Assembly (NCBI GenBank): GCA_050084515.1
Contig: CM114271.1
Coordinates: 3,658,001-3,722,000, forward strand
Reading direction: 5' to 3'
DNA: 64,000 bases
Origin: Blasia pusilla
Lineage: Eukaryota
The notes below the pieces were generated by a model. It did no database searches. It had not been told where the DNA came from and saw only the letters and a list, made by a program, of their open reading frames with translations. The translations under genes and the position numbers were made by a program. Shown here piece by piece: positions 1 through 11,454 of the stretch (position 1 is the first letter of the stretch; the number at the start of each line of letters is the position of its first letter).

Positions 1-2080
1 CTTCACAAGAAGTAAACATGATTTTTCCTTCTTGAACGTATTTGGCTGTATCTCTTATGCTCATGTTCCTTCTGAGAGACATCAAAAATTAGACCCCAAG
101 TCTAAAAGATGTATCTTGATTGGCTATGCTGATGGAACTAAGAGGTATAAGTGCTACATTCCATCCTCTAGGCAGCTTATTATTAGTCGGGATGTTATCT
201 TTGATGAGCTAAAGTCATGGCATGCTCCATCTGAGCCTATTCCACCTCTAAACTTGTTTGTTGAGGGGGAGAATATGACTATAAATCAACAGACATTGTC
301 TTCAACTTCCCCAAGTACTAGTGCAGGATTAGGAGAGGTCCTAGATTCATCCGTTAAATCTGTGAGTCCATGGACGGGAAGAGTACATATTCAGTATGTT
401 AACACTAGTTAGAGCTCGAGTAAGGTGTCAGAGGCATCTACCTCTGAAAAACAACCTCGTAGATCAAGTAGAGTTACACATCCAGTTCATAGATTCATAA
501 ATGAAGGTTCCTTGCGACACATCATGCATATACGATGACTACCCTTCAAGAGCAGGAGCCGAGTTGTTTTGAAGAAGCTTCCAATAGATTGAAGCTATGG
601 AGGAAGAGCTTGATGCATTAAGACATCAACAAATATGGGAGTTGGTTGATATACCTTCCGGTAAGGAAGCTATTGGTTGCATATGGGTTTACAAAATCAA
701 GCGCAATCAAGATAGTATAATTAACAGATATAAAGCGAGATTGGTGGCTAAGGGCTATGCACAACAATTTGGTATCGATTATGAGGAAACGTTTAGCCCT
801 GTTGCAAAGATGATGACTACGAGAACAGCGGTTGCAGTTGCAATAAGTAAGAAGTGGAGATTATATCACATGGACGTCAAGAATGCCTTCTTGAATGGAG
901 ATCTATATGAGGAGGTATATATGACTCAACCACATGGATACGAGCATCCCAAGTTTCCATTTCGCGCATGCAGGTTGAAGAAAGCTCTATACAGGCTCAA
1001 ACAAGCTCCACGAGCTTGGTATGGCAAGATTACATACGTCCTACAAGAGTTGGGTTTTATGGTATGTGATTCTGACTCCTCGGTATATGTCTTGAGAGGA
1101 CAAGATTATACAGTTCTCATTGTATTGTACGTTGACAATCTCTTAATTACTGGGATTACTGAAGAAATGGTACAACAAGTAAAGCTTAAGTTACAAGCAG
1201 AATTTGATATGAAGGACTAGGGAGAACTCAAGTACTTCCTTAGTATTGAGTTTATCAAGGTTGGAGAGAGCATGCGGTTACTACAACGACAATATGCTCT
1301 TCATATGCTTTCAAAATATGGTATGACAGCTTGTAAGCCAATATCTACACCGTTGGACCAAAGCGTGAAGCTAAGAGTGGATGAAGGAGAGCTGCTTGCA
1401 GATTCTAATATGTACATGCGTATGGTTGGAAGTTTGATCCATCTAACTATAACCAGACCAGATTTGAGCTATGTTGTTGGCCTAGTGAGCCAGTTTATGC
1501 AAGCACCTCGAAAACCTCACCTTGATGCTGGGAGGAGGATTATGTTGTATGTGAAATTTTCTATTCAATACGGGCTAAAATTTAAACCTTCTCCGAGTTT
1601 TCAATTATAGGGATTCACAGATGGTGATTGGGCAGGAAGCGTGTTTGATCGACACTCCACATCTGGTTATTCATTTACTTTGGGAAGCGCAGCTATAAGT
1701 TGAGCTTCAAAGAAGCAACCTACAGTTGCTTTATCTTCAACACAGGTTGAGTATAGAGGAGCAACCAATGCAGCATGTGAGGCACTGTGGCTTCATCGAT
1801 TACTTGTTGAGATTGGTGTTAGTAACTTAGGACCTAGTGTAATATATGCAGACAACATTAGTAGCATCAAGCTTGCTAATAACCCCGTGTTTCATGCTCG
1901 TACAAATAATATTGAGATGCACTATCATTTTATCAAAGAGAAAGTGCTTGCATGAGAGATTGATCTTGTGTATATAGGTACAGATCAGCAAATTGTGGAC
2001 ATCTTTACAAAGTCATTGTCTAGAGATAAGTTTGAGATGTTTAGAAAGGATTTAGGCGTTAGAGATATCGATATGAGCTT

Positions 2081-2089
2081 GAGGGGGAG
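2081..2089 (+). other. Polypurine tract of copia A
   Basis: GAGGGGGAG directly before the LTR start. Confidence 0.85.
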
Positions 2090-2403
2090 TATTGAAGATT
2101 GAGTTACAGTCAAACTCATAAGACACCTAAAGTGCTATATTTGGCACTCACACGAAGTAGGGAAGCTTAATCTTGGTTAGTCAGTAAAGCACAATTATCT
2201 TAACTAGGATTGGTTAATCACAGTTAGGCTAACTCGAGACTATGGTTAACAGTAGGGTTAGGGTTGCTTGTACATACCCTATATAATTGAGAAGAGGACC
2301 AGCCTACACTCATTCTCTCATTGCAAATTTTGTTCTTCATGGTGGTGTGTGTGTGTCTGAAAGCCGTTTTCCACCATTTATGCTTGTTTCGCAGTTTTCC
2401 ACA
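2090..2403 (+). repeat. 3' LTR of copia A (TATTG...CCACA, ~314 bp)
   Basis: Follows the PPT; homologous to 42458-42577 plus 51516-51713 and to 55400-55596; contains TATATAA. Confidence 0.9.
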
Positions 2404-2405
2404 AT

Positions 2406-3046
2406 TGTCGTGCGTATACACATCGCTACACAACATACATCGATGTTACTGAACACACACACAAACACGTACGATCCCATGCTAACCCATGGCATCCAAA
2501 CAACGAGACAAGAAGTACTAAAATATCTCTAATAAAGTAAGATCCAATCTCTCTCTACACCATCTCACACCATAACTCTCAAAGGTGTGCACTCTCTCTC
2601 TCTCTCTCTCATGTCAAACCAAACCCATTCTCCATCTGAGAGGCTTGGGTTACACTCACAAGGCAAGGGACCATAGCTCCTCCGCCTTATGCCAAGAGGT
2701 TTAACAAAGAGAGAATGAGCTCTCAAGCTTTCTCTCCTTCAGATATACCCCTCCCCTCTCCCAAGCTTTCTCCATGGTAACCTATTCTCCCAAGTCACCT
2801 CCTTGGCTCTGGACCTGATGTAGGAGGTCAAGGGTCACCTACCAAAAATATAAAGTCGATCATATACTCAAAATGGTACTTACCTAAAATAGTAAGTTTC
2901 TCAATATGGCTCAAAATGAGCCGAAACAAAGGGGAAACCTGTCAGAAGGTCATCCTCGACCTACTGAGCGTGTCCTCTACTACTCACAAAGGCGCTCTAC
3001 TAGATCTCACTGATATATCTCTAATAGATCTCTAAAATACGTGACA
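2406..3046 (+). repeat. ~640-bp TG...CA dispersed unit (solo-LTR-like), copy 1; first 127 bp equal the terminal repeat of the MTase retroelement
   Basis: Starts TGTCGTGCG, ends CGTGACA; aligns in reverse complement with 8459-9106 and more weakly with 55694-56350. Confidence 0.75.
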
Positions 3047-4049
3047 CATTAGGCACTATAGAGCTACACAACTTCATTGCGGAGTTTAGGAGTTTGTGTG
3101 ACTCACAACGCGCTAGGAACTCTAGAGAGTTCAACCCGTTTACAACATGGAACGGTATGTTTCAGCATTTAGAGGGGGCGCCCATGGACAATAACCATGA
3201 GTTCTCCCACAGATATACCCAGGAGATTGAGGCATGGTGACTCTACTATGACCCACACTATGTGTCATAGACGGAGCCGCTCCTAAATGAGGAGGAGGAG
3301 TCATGAGAGGCTACTTCCTCTTCCATTAGTGATGTTTTAGGAGGGGTCACTCACACTGAAGCAGTTGCACCATCTAGTTGGGTTCGTCCCACGTTCAACC
3401 CTGTGGTTCAGTTCTTTGTTGAGTTGAGGGAGGGGGTGCTTCTTATGAACACCTCCCCTACATTGAGAGATGTTTTTAGGACCGCCGAGAATATTGAGTG
3501 CAACATGGCAAAGGAGATCGTAGCCACCATGGGTTCTGGGCGAGAGCAGTCACGATTGTCTGCACCACTAGTGCAGCAATGTGGACTCCGAGATAGGTCG
3601 ACTGTGGCACCACGAGCTCACGGAGGATACTAGGCCGTGCCAGAGAGACATCCGCCTTCATATGCGGCTCAACAGCAGCCGCCTACGATTACTTGTTGGT
3701 CATGTGGTGGAGCCCATCATTAGTGCGATTGCACACGTAAGAGTCATGGACGTGTGCCTCAGCATGGCGGAGAAGATGGTGCTGCACCAAGAGGTTATCA
3801 GTGTGACTACTGTCAGAGGTATGTTCACACACGCGCCAAAAATTTTATTTTATATCGTGAGTTCTTGAGGTTGGGATGGTTGCTCAGATATAACAGCTAC
3901 AAGAGCAGATTGCCGTTATGGTTACCCGATGCTGGATGGCATCGGATCTTCGACGCTTAGCCACTGAGCATGTGCAGACCGCGTGGAGTGAGACATTTGC
4001 ACTAGAGTGTGACAGGTCAGAGGAACCCTAGGTAGGCAGGAGTGCTGCT

Positions 4050-5045
4050 ATGACCCCTTTGGACACCACCCCAATTGTGTGGTGCATACCAGAGCAGGGT
4101 ATTCGGGTGTTGGATCTCTTTGGAGGGATCAGCATTGGGTTAGCTGTTGTTTTGCACGCTGGAGTGCGCATACAACAATACCTATTTGTGGAGATTGATG
4201 ATATTGCAAGGCGCGCTTCACTTCACCATGTGGGGCTGTTACGCCTCCGTTTTCCCGACTTGTTGTCTACGTCCGCCATTCAGGGTTACCAGAGTTCCCT
4301 AGCGAGGGACATTTCATTGTTGGGGGCGCACGACTTGGAGCGGGTAGGGACCATAGACTTGGTCATTGCTGGTTGACCTTGTCAAGGCCAATCGAGTGCT
4401 GGACGAGGTAGCGGGTTAGTTGACACTCAGTCCATGTTGTTTTGGGAGATGATGCGGATCTTGCGACATTTACATGAGCATCAGCCTCATTCTCCATCTA
4501 CATTTTGGAGAATGTGCCGATTTTGGGCGATTCGAGGTCCTGCATGGTGACGAGTGCACATCATGTGCGCGCATGGATCGGCCTAGCAGTGTTTTTAGAT
4601 GCGGCGAGTGTAGGTTCTAGAGCACACCGCCCGCATCTTTGGTGGACCAACTTGGTACCACATGAGATGTTGCGGAGGGCTTATGCGAGAGTGGAGCGTC
4701 TCTCTGTGGGAGGATTCTATATTGGATCCGGGTCGTCGATCACAGGTAGTGAGGCACAATGGTCGACCGCCGTTGATTGTGGTCAACAGGATTGGCATGC
4801 CACGAGCAGCCTTTTCCACATTGGTGAGTTTTTCCACTTCCTATACATTCAAGGAGGCCGGACCTCGCTTGGTTTGGGATGACCATGTACAGAGGTTGGT
4901 GGAGCCCAACGCCGATGAGCGAGAGCGAGCGATGGGATTCCCCCACAGAAGTGACATTAGTACCGTCACTATCGAAGGCTTCACAACGTCATGTCTTGGA
5001 TCAGGCGATGAACCTGAACTGCTTGACATGGATTTTCAGCTTAGG
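4050..5045 (+). pseudogene. DNMT3-like C5 cytosine DNA methyltransferase domain in pol (disrupted)
   Basis: Motif I VLDLFGGIS, II FVEID, IV DLVIAG*PCQGQSSAG (PC codons 4377-4382), VI ENVP, VIII AHRPHLWWTN, IX ERERAMGFP, X RHVLDQAMNL. Confidence 0.9.
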
Positions 5046-5325
5046 AGTATTTGAGCGATGTCGTTTGAGGATACGACGGATCATAAAAGTTGCGTTGGTG
5101 AGCCCCATGCCTATCAAGGTGGCTGAGGCAATGGTTGGGGGCGAGACCCGAGGAGATCGACACACCAAGGGTGATCGGAAGAGACACCCTTGAACTTCTT
5201 GGGATGTTTTGCAGGTACGCTAGGAGATGATAGCCACAACATCGAGCGTGGTTTTGGGTACTGCACGTGGAGATGAGAGTTCTATTGTCCGAGATGGGGT
5301 TGCACCATAGCAACCACCGACATCC

Positions 5326-8147
5326 GTGTCAGAGAGTCCTACCGTAATCACGATGGAGACTTGGGAGCCAGATATGGGCCCTAAGTTAACAGGAGGAGAG
5401 CGGCGCCGGATACACCAAATCCTTAGGAGTTATAGGAGCTTTTTTGCATTTAGTATGCATGATTTGGCTACGCTGAAGGATTCAGGGATCCGCATTGAGT
5501 TTTTGAGTGACACACTGATCTTCCGACGACCCTACAGGTACACTCACATGGAGACGGCTCTAATTCAGAGTAAGAGCCATGACTTGGTTGGAGCAGGACT
5601 AGTGGAGATGTTGCATGCAGAGTATGCATCTGCCACTATCATGTCCGCCAAGAAGGATGTGCATGGCAATTGGACAGATAGGCGAATGTGTGGAGATTAC
5701 CAACCTATCAATATGCAGACGAAGCCCGATAGGTATGCCATGCCCACTCCTTAGGAGATCTTTGATGCGATTGGGCATGCAAAGGTCTTTAGTTCATTGG
5801 ATTTGCAAGCCGGAAACCATCAGCTACCTATCAGATTGGAGGACAGGCAAAAGAAGACATTTTGGGACATCGATCCTCACAAGAAGGATTGTTTGTACCC
5901 GTCGCCGTTCTTACCATTCGGGTTAAAGAATGCCCTGGTTGAGTTTAAGAGGGTCATGGATAAGATCTTGGCAGGTCTGGATTTTGCTAGGTATTATATT
6001 GATGACATCGTAGTCTTTAGCGCCACGGTTGAGGAGCATGAGCGACATCTAGAGGAGGTGTTTTGACGATTGCAATAACATGGGCTGAAGCTACATCCAG
6101 GCAAGTGCAAGTTCTTCTACGACCAGATTGAGTACTTGGATCATACGATATACCCAGGGGGCCATGGTGTGCAACAGACAAAGGTAGAGGCTATTTCACA
6201 CATTCCACACCCTACAGATGTGAGTCGAGTTCGTGCATTCATGGGATTGGAAAACTTCTATCGGCTGAGTGCGTCAAGGGTTTGATTTGATTTTGGCCGC
6301 TAACCTTGATGACCAAGGTGGATCGGGAGTGGCACTGGGAGGATGAGCAAGAGAGAGCATTTCACATGCTCAAGGACAGATTCACGTCCGCGCTCATATC
6401 GAGGAGACCAATCAAGGGGCGTCCTTTCCAGTTGCATACCGATTGGAGCATGTTGGGGCTTGGAGCTGTGCTCACCCAGCATGACGATGATGGTAGAGAG
6501 TTTGTGGTGGCTTACGCTAGTCGCTCGAACAACGCTGCAGAGGTGAAGTTTAGCTCGTATGAGGATGAATGCTTGGATGCAATGTGGGCTGTCGCACATT
6601 TCAGATGTTATCTATTCGGCAATCCCTTTACCATCATTACTGATCATGAGCCACTTAAGTGGTTCATGGAGTCCGACAAGCTTATAGGGGAGCTTGCAAG
6701 GTGGGATCTTTTGTTGTAGGAGTATCACTTCCAAGTGGTGCATAGACTTGGGACGCTCAACCATGATACACATGGTTTGAGCCATAACCCATGCCTGAGT
6801 CAGCGAGATACGACTGGAGCTCGTTGGCATGGTAAGAGTGATGAGGAGTTGGTGCCAGGATGGCTTGCGTCAGCCTATTTGGGCTTGTTGGCTATGGAGA
6901 GCCAGATTTTTTAGACTTCGATGGCGAGGTCTAATGGAGAGTCCTTAGATCCAGAGGCCGGTAAGGAGACGATAGTGGACGAGACATTCACGACGATGGA
7001 GTGGTCTTGGAGTACTTTTGTACTAGTAGCGTCACGAGCAAAGTGGATGCTAGAGAGCGGGATCAAATCCTACAACAAGCCAGACGGTTCCGGTGGGAGG
7101 GCACACATGTGTTGCGAGTGTCGGAGGATGGTAGAGTGCGTGTAGTGCCTCATGTCCACCAAGAGAGAGCACGTTTAGTGCGTCATGCCCACGAGAAGTT
7201 GGGTCATTTTGGAGTGAAGTGGACGTACAACTTGCTCCGCATTCAGTATTGGTGGCGAGGCATGCAGACTGACGTTCAACAATTTGTTGCCAGATGCATG
7301 GTGTGTGATCGAGTCCGAGCATCGTTCAATGCTCCGACTCCAAAGTTGTATCTTCTTCCGATCATGGATTTAGGTTATAGATGGAGTTTGGATTTTGCAA
7401 GACCTTTGCCTTTGATGGAGCGCCATAGTCGTTATGTGTTGGTGATGGTCGAGCACTTCTCGAAGTGGATAGAGTTGGTTGCATTGCGTGACAAAGCAAG
7501 TGAGGGAGTAGCGTATGCCTTCCTAGATCGAGTGTTGAGTCATAACGGCGCACCAGCTGAGGTGTTGACAAACCAGGGTATAGAGTTCCGCTGGGAGTTT
7601 CAAGCCTTGTGTGATCAGGCACTGATCAACCACCGCACTACTTTGCGAGATCATCTTGAGGCGGATGGACAAGCGGAGCGGGTTGTGAAGACGGTGAAGA
7701 GAGAACTACACAAGTATGGCTTGGAGAGAGGTCACCTAGGGGATTGGGACCTTCAATTGCCGTGGTTGGCGATGGGATACAGATTCAGCATGCACGCATC
7801 CTTAGTGTCTTTCTCACCGTACTTGTTGTTTTATGGCTGAGAGCCAGATTTACCTGCGGCCATTCGTCGAGATGTTGGTGAGGTGTTGAACCTTGATGAC
7901 CCTGATGTATGGATGCGAACATGTTCTCATAGGGCTGAGTTGTTTCGGAGAGTGATGCCCATGTTTGAGAACTTGGCGATTGCGCAACATCGGGATACCT
8001 TGAGGTTTGCGACTATTCGGGGAGGTGATTATCGACTCACTATCCGGAGTATGTGATGGATGTTCGAGAGGATGGCATATGGCATGTTTGACGCCATCTC
8101 TCTCTAGGGTTCCTCAGGGACGATGGATGTGTCCTAGATGTGCATAG
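5326..8147 (+). pseudogene. RT-RNase H-integrase-partial PHD region of copy 1
   Basis: ORF fragments 5326-5754, 5797-6066, 6306-6719, 7001-7840; HHCC and WSLDF...GQAER integrase core; ends [13 protein letters not shown]...WMCPRC. Confidence 0.9.
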
Positions 8148-8327
8148 AGTAGGTAGTTCTACATTCCGACTTGTGTCTGTGACATGGATGAAAAGAAGGC
8201 GACTAATGATGGGGCCACTTGAGCACCCGACCTTCTTGCTCTTAGCGTCCGAGAGATTTTGTCATGGTAGGTAGGGATAGATGGTTATCTGGAGTTAGAG
8301 GGACCTGACCACCAACTATGGGGGTGA

Positions 8328-8454
8328 TTGGAGATATTTTGGTACTTCTTGTCTCATTTTTTGGATGCCATGAGTTAACATGGGATCGTGCGTGTTTGTG
8401 TGTGTGTTCGGTGACAGCGATGTATGTTGTGTAGCGATGTGTATGCGCACGATA
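8328..8454 (+). repeat. 127-bp 3' terminal repeat of copy 1
   Basis: TTGGAGATATTTTGG...GCGCACGATA; same position after PHD stop as in copy 2; inverted relative to 2406-2532. Confidence 0.9.
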
Positions 8455-8458
8455 ACTA

Positions 8459-9106
8459 TGACATCTTTTAGGATAGATCGGTGAGATCTAGTAGAGCGTC
8501 TACGTGAGTAGTGGAGGACAGGCTCAGTAGGTCGAGGATGATCAGTTGAGGCCTCAGGAAACCTGAGAGAGCAGGTTTCCCCTTTGTTTCGGCTCATTTG
8601 GAGCCATATTGAGGAACTTACTATTTTAGGTAAGTACTATTTTGAGTATATATGATCGGCTTTCTATTTTTGGTAAGTAGCCCTAGATGTCCTACATGAG
8701 GTCAAGAGCCAAGGAGGTGACTTGGGAGCATATGTTACCATGGAGAGAGCTTGGGAGAGGGGAGGGGTATACCTCAAGGAAAGAGAGCTTGAGAGCTCAT
8801 TCTCTCTTTGTTGAACCTCTTGGCATGAGATGGCGGAGCTATGGTCTTGCTTGCCTTGTGTGTGTAATCCTAGCCTCTCATTAGGAGAGTGGGTTTGGTT
8901 TGACACTAAGAGAGACATCTGAGAGTGCACACATGTGAGAACTATGGTGTTGTGAGAGAGATTGGATCTTATTTTAATTGGAGATATTTTGGTACATCTT
9001 GTCTCGTTGTTTGGATGCCATGAGTTAGCATGGGATCGTGCGTGTTTGTGTGTGTGTGTTCGGTGACAGCGATGTATGTTGTGTAGCGATGTGTATGCGC
9101 ACGACA
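8459..9106 (-). repeat. ~650-bp TG...CA dispersed unit, copy 2 (inverted relative to 2406-3046)
   Basis: Reverse complement aligns along its whole length with 2406-3046; flanks ACTA/ACTG may be a 4-bp TSD with one mismatch. Confidence 0.8.
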
Positions 9107-9721
9107 ACTGAGATATTGGCCGAAAATGACTGTGAGAGCAATGGGGTTGAGGGCTAATTTGAGGGGCTTGGCTATCTTTCCCTATAGTTAGGGGAACCTC
9201 GGAGATTCCCAAAAGTACTAGTAAGGGAGGAGTCTCTCCAAGAAGTCTTGGAACACGAATCCCCACTTTGAGCATCAAACGGCGTCTCAAGGGCACGGGA
9301 TGGAACGGGGGTTTGGCGTTGGAACTCGAAACCCAAACCTGATCCAAGGGAGTGGACTTTGTACGCCACACTTGGATTCCGACCCATCTCTGATTTTGTG
9401 TGAGTCTCGGTTAGGGACTCATTAGAGGTCCATCGGACAGTTGGAACCGCCAGGCGCGAAACGCCGTTTGAGGTTCTTGAACCGACCAGAAAGTCTGTCC
9501 CAAGTCTTTCGAGACTTGCCTGTATTGTAAACCGTGAAACTAGGAAGGTTGAGCATTGATGAGAGGCCGAGACGAGAACTCGGAAAGTTAGCCCGCTGAT
9601 TGATCTAGATCCGACTAACCAGAGTGTGTGTTTGGATGCAGATCAGTGTTGAGAGCGTGAACTACTGAACACACGCTTTCGCAACAACAAAGATAAACGT
9701 TCAAGGAGAGTAGGCGCACGA
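9107..9721 (+). repeat. 3' part of an LTR homologous to solo LTR 62551-63564
   Basis: Shared blocks such as GTACTAGTAAGGG, CCCCACTTTG, AAGGGCAC, AAACCCAAACC, AGTAGGCGCA in the same order. Confidence 0.7.
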
Positions 9722-9841
9722 GGCCTATGGTCTCCATACATATATCATTCCATCTTCTATACTTTTGTTGGAGAGTAGGCGCACGATGCCTATGGTCTCC
9801 ATACATATATCCATCCATCTTCTATACTTTTATTGGAGAGT
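9704..9841 (+). repeat. ~66-bp local tandem duplication bounded by GGAGAGT
   Basis: GGAGAGTAGGCGCACGA...CTATACTTTT occurs twice in tandem. Confidence 0.85.
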
Positions 9842-9983
9842 GCCTTCTTGATTTGCAAACACTTGTCTACTTTACACATATGACAACTAAACAACAAGAA
9901 AATATTTTTATACTACGTGCGAGAAGAAAGAAATTTTGAATGTATCAATGACATGATTAATCTTTCCCGTGTCGTACGACTAG
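9821..9983 (+). mobile_element. Small non-autonomous Helitron-like element (family 1), degenerate
   Basis: 5' TCTATA...GGAGAGTGCCTTCTTGATTTGCAAAC; 3' CCCGTGTCGTACG then CTAG|T. Confidence 0.55.
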
Positions 9984-10048
9984 TGCTTAAACAAATTGGG
10001 AACCCATTGGTTGTACAACTACTGCTGATCAAAATGAGAATTCATCTA

Positions 10049-10242
10049 TCTATATCATAATTGGAGAGCGTCTTCTTGATCTGCAAACACCTTTTTGTTC
10101 GACATGTGACACCAAGCAACTAGAAAATGTTTTTCTATTCTACAACCAACAAGAAAAAAAATTCTCTTTACACGTAAAAAATAAATAAATTTATGCGCAA
10201 CACGATTAGCTCTTTCACTCCGGCGTTTCAGGAGTTCACTAG
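10049..10242 (+). mobile_element. Small non-autonomous Helitron-like element (family 1)
   Basis: A|TC start, conserved 5' block, ACTCC...GGAGT hairpin, CTAG|T end. Confidence 0.65.
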
Positions 10243-11374
10243 TTGGTTGTTGTACAACTAATGATTGCGCCAAGCGGGAATTCATTGAGTGAGGCACGAC
10301 CTCCTCTCCTTAGAACAATTCCACAAGTTAATGATTGTGTCGGATCGCATTAAGGACTGCAAGCCCTTTTTAGGGTTCCAAACTGTAGGGCAATTGCCAA
10401 AACCACTTCACTTCACGAAACTTGTGGAAACGTGTCTGGTGCGCTGCCAATAAGTGCAAACTCGAGAGTGATCGATACTCACGTCTTGAACAAGAAGAAG
10501 CCGTTTCTACGTGACAGCGAAAGTTGGAATCCATTGAGAATATATATCGGATTCCATGAAACATGAGCCCGTTCTTCCCACGAGTATTGAAGTATTGATG
10601 GCGGTGCAATCGCTTGCTTCCAGAAAGGGATGGGATGAGAATCGAGAGGTTAGTAGTGGTAGGGCATCGAAAGGGCGGCGAGCAAAGAGGAACCGTTGAA
10701 CTCCCCCACCCCTCCACACGAAACGCATCGATGCCTTCTTTACTGGCTGGTGATATTGTGAGTAAATGCGGTTGAGCCAAGAGCGCGATCTTGCAATGGA
10801 GTCGGAAAAGTATAGGTCGAAGTAAATGTTGCACGCAGCATACACGTTGTTTTGGAGTCCGTGGCGGTGGTGGTGTTTGCTAACTGCAGACATGAATCAT
10901 AGACCACTCCGTGGCTCGGCATCAGTCAATTACAGCAGCAGCAGTTACGTCGCGGATTTCTAGGGCACTAGGTGTGTCAATGATCAATCTGACCTCTGTC
11001 TGCTGTGGAAATTGGAAGTGGAGACTCGAGAGATCCCAATCCGGGCGTGTGTGCGACTATATGGAGGTGAGTTGAGTGCGAGGAGGTGCAAATGAAGAAA
11101 GAAGCTGTCAGTGGTAATTGTGCGGGGATTGGCTGGCGGCGATGGGGGGATTGGCGTTCAGTGCGAGCTTTAAATGCATGTTCCATAGGGCGCCTTGAAA
11201 TGCGTTGTTGATTTGATGATGCATGGATGTTGACTATATAGGGAGCCTTCTATTCCAACCAAGATTGATTCCCCCACCCTGGGGATGCGGCGTTGAAAGT
11301 TGAGAGCCTGCTTCTGAGGATGCACGTTCCAACTTCCACGGCTTCTTCGACAATTAATGAATGCATGGCGAGCG

Positions 11375-11454
11375 GCCTTTCCTTGAATTCCTTCTCAAGA
11401 GAAGGAAATCCGCGCAGCCTTTCCTTGAATTCCCTCTCAAGAGAAGGAAATCCG
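11375..11454. repeat. 42-bp tandem duplication; first unit holds a TTCCTTCTC-AA-GAGAAGGAA palindrome
   Basis: Read directly from the sequence. Confidence 0.85.

Larger units (their letters stand above)
1..2403 (+). mobile_element. Ty1/copia LTR retrotransposon A (3' part: integrase C-terminus, RT, RNase H, PPT, 3' LTR); degenerate, 5' end outside window
   Basis: ORFs 32-412 (VFGC..AHVP..KLDPKS..C..IGY), 597-1220 (RYKARLVAKGY, MDVKNAFLNGDL, LYVDNLLI), 1272-1610, then RNase H (DWAG...HIEMHYHF-like); INT-before-RT order; in-frame stops. Confidence 0.95.
3050..8454 (+). mobile_element. Ty3/gypsy-type retroelement with C5 DNA methyltransferase and PHD finger, copy 1 (5'-truncated, internal deletions)
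   Basis: Gag remnant with CWSCGGAHH-CDC knuckle, MTase motifs, RT (RMCGDYQPIN, YIDDIVVFS), RNase H (LHTDWS), integrase, partial PHD, 3' terminal repeat; colinear with 42578-51515; protease deleted. Confidence 0.92.

Noticed and set aside
2402-3050. CAAT/CATT as TSD of the first ~640-bp unit
   Set aside because: Left CA is the copia LTR terminus and the two flanks belong to different elements, so the match is probably chance
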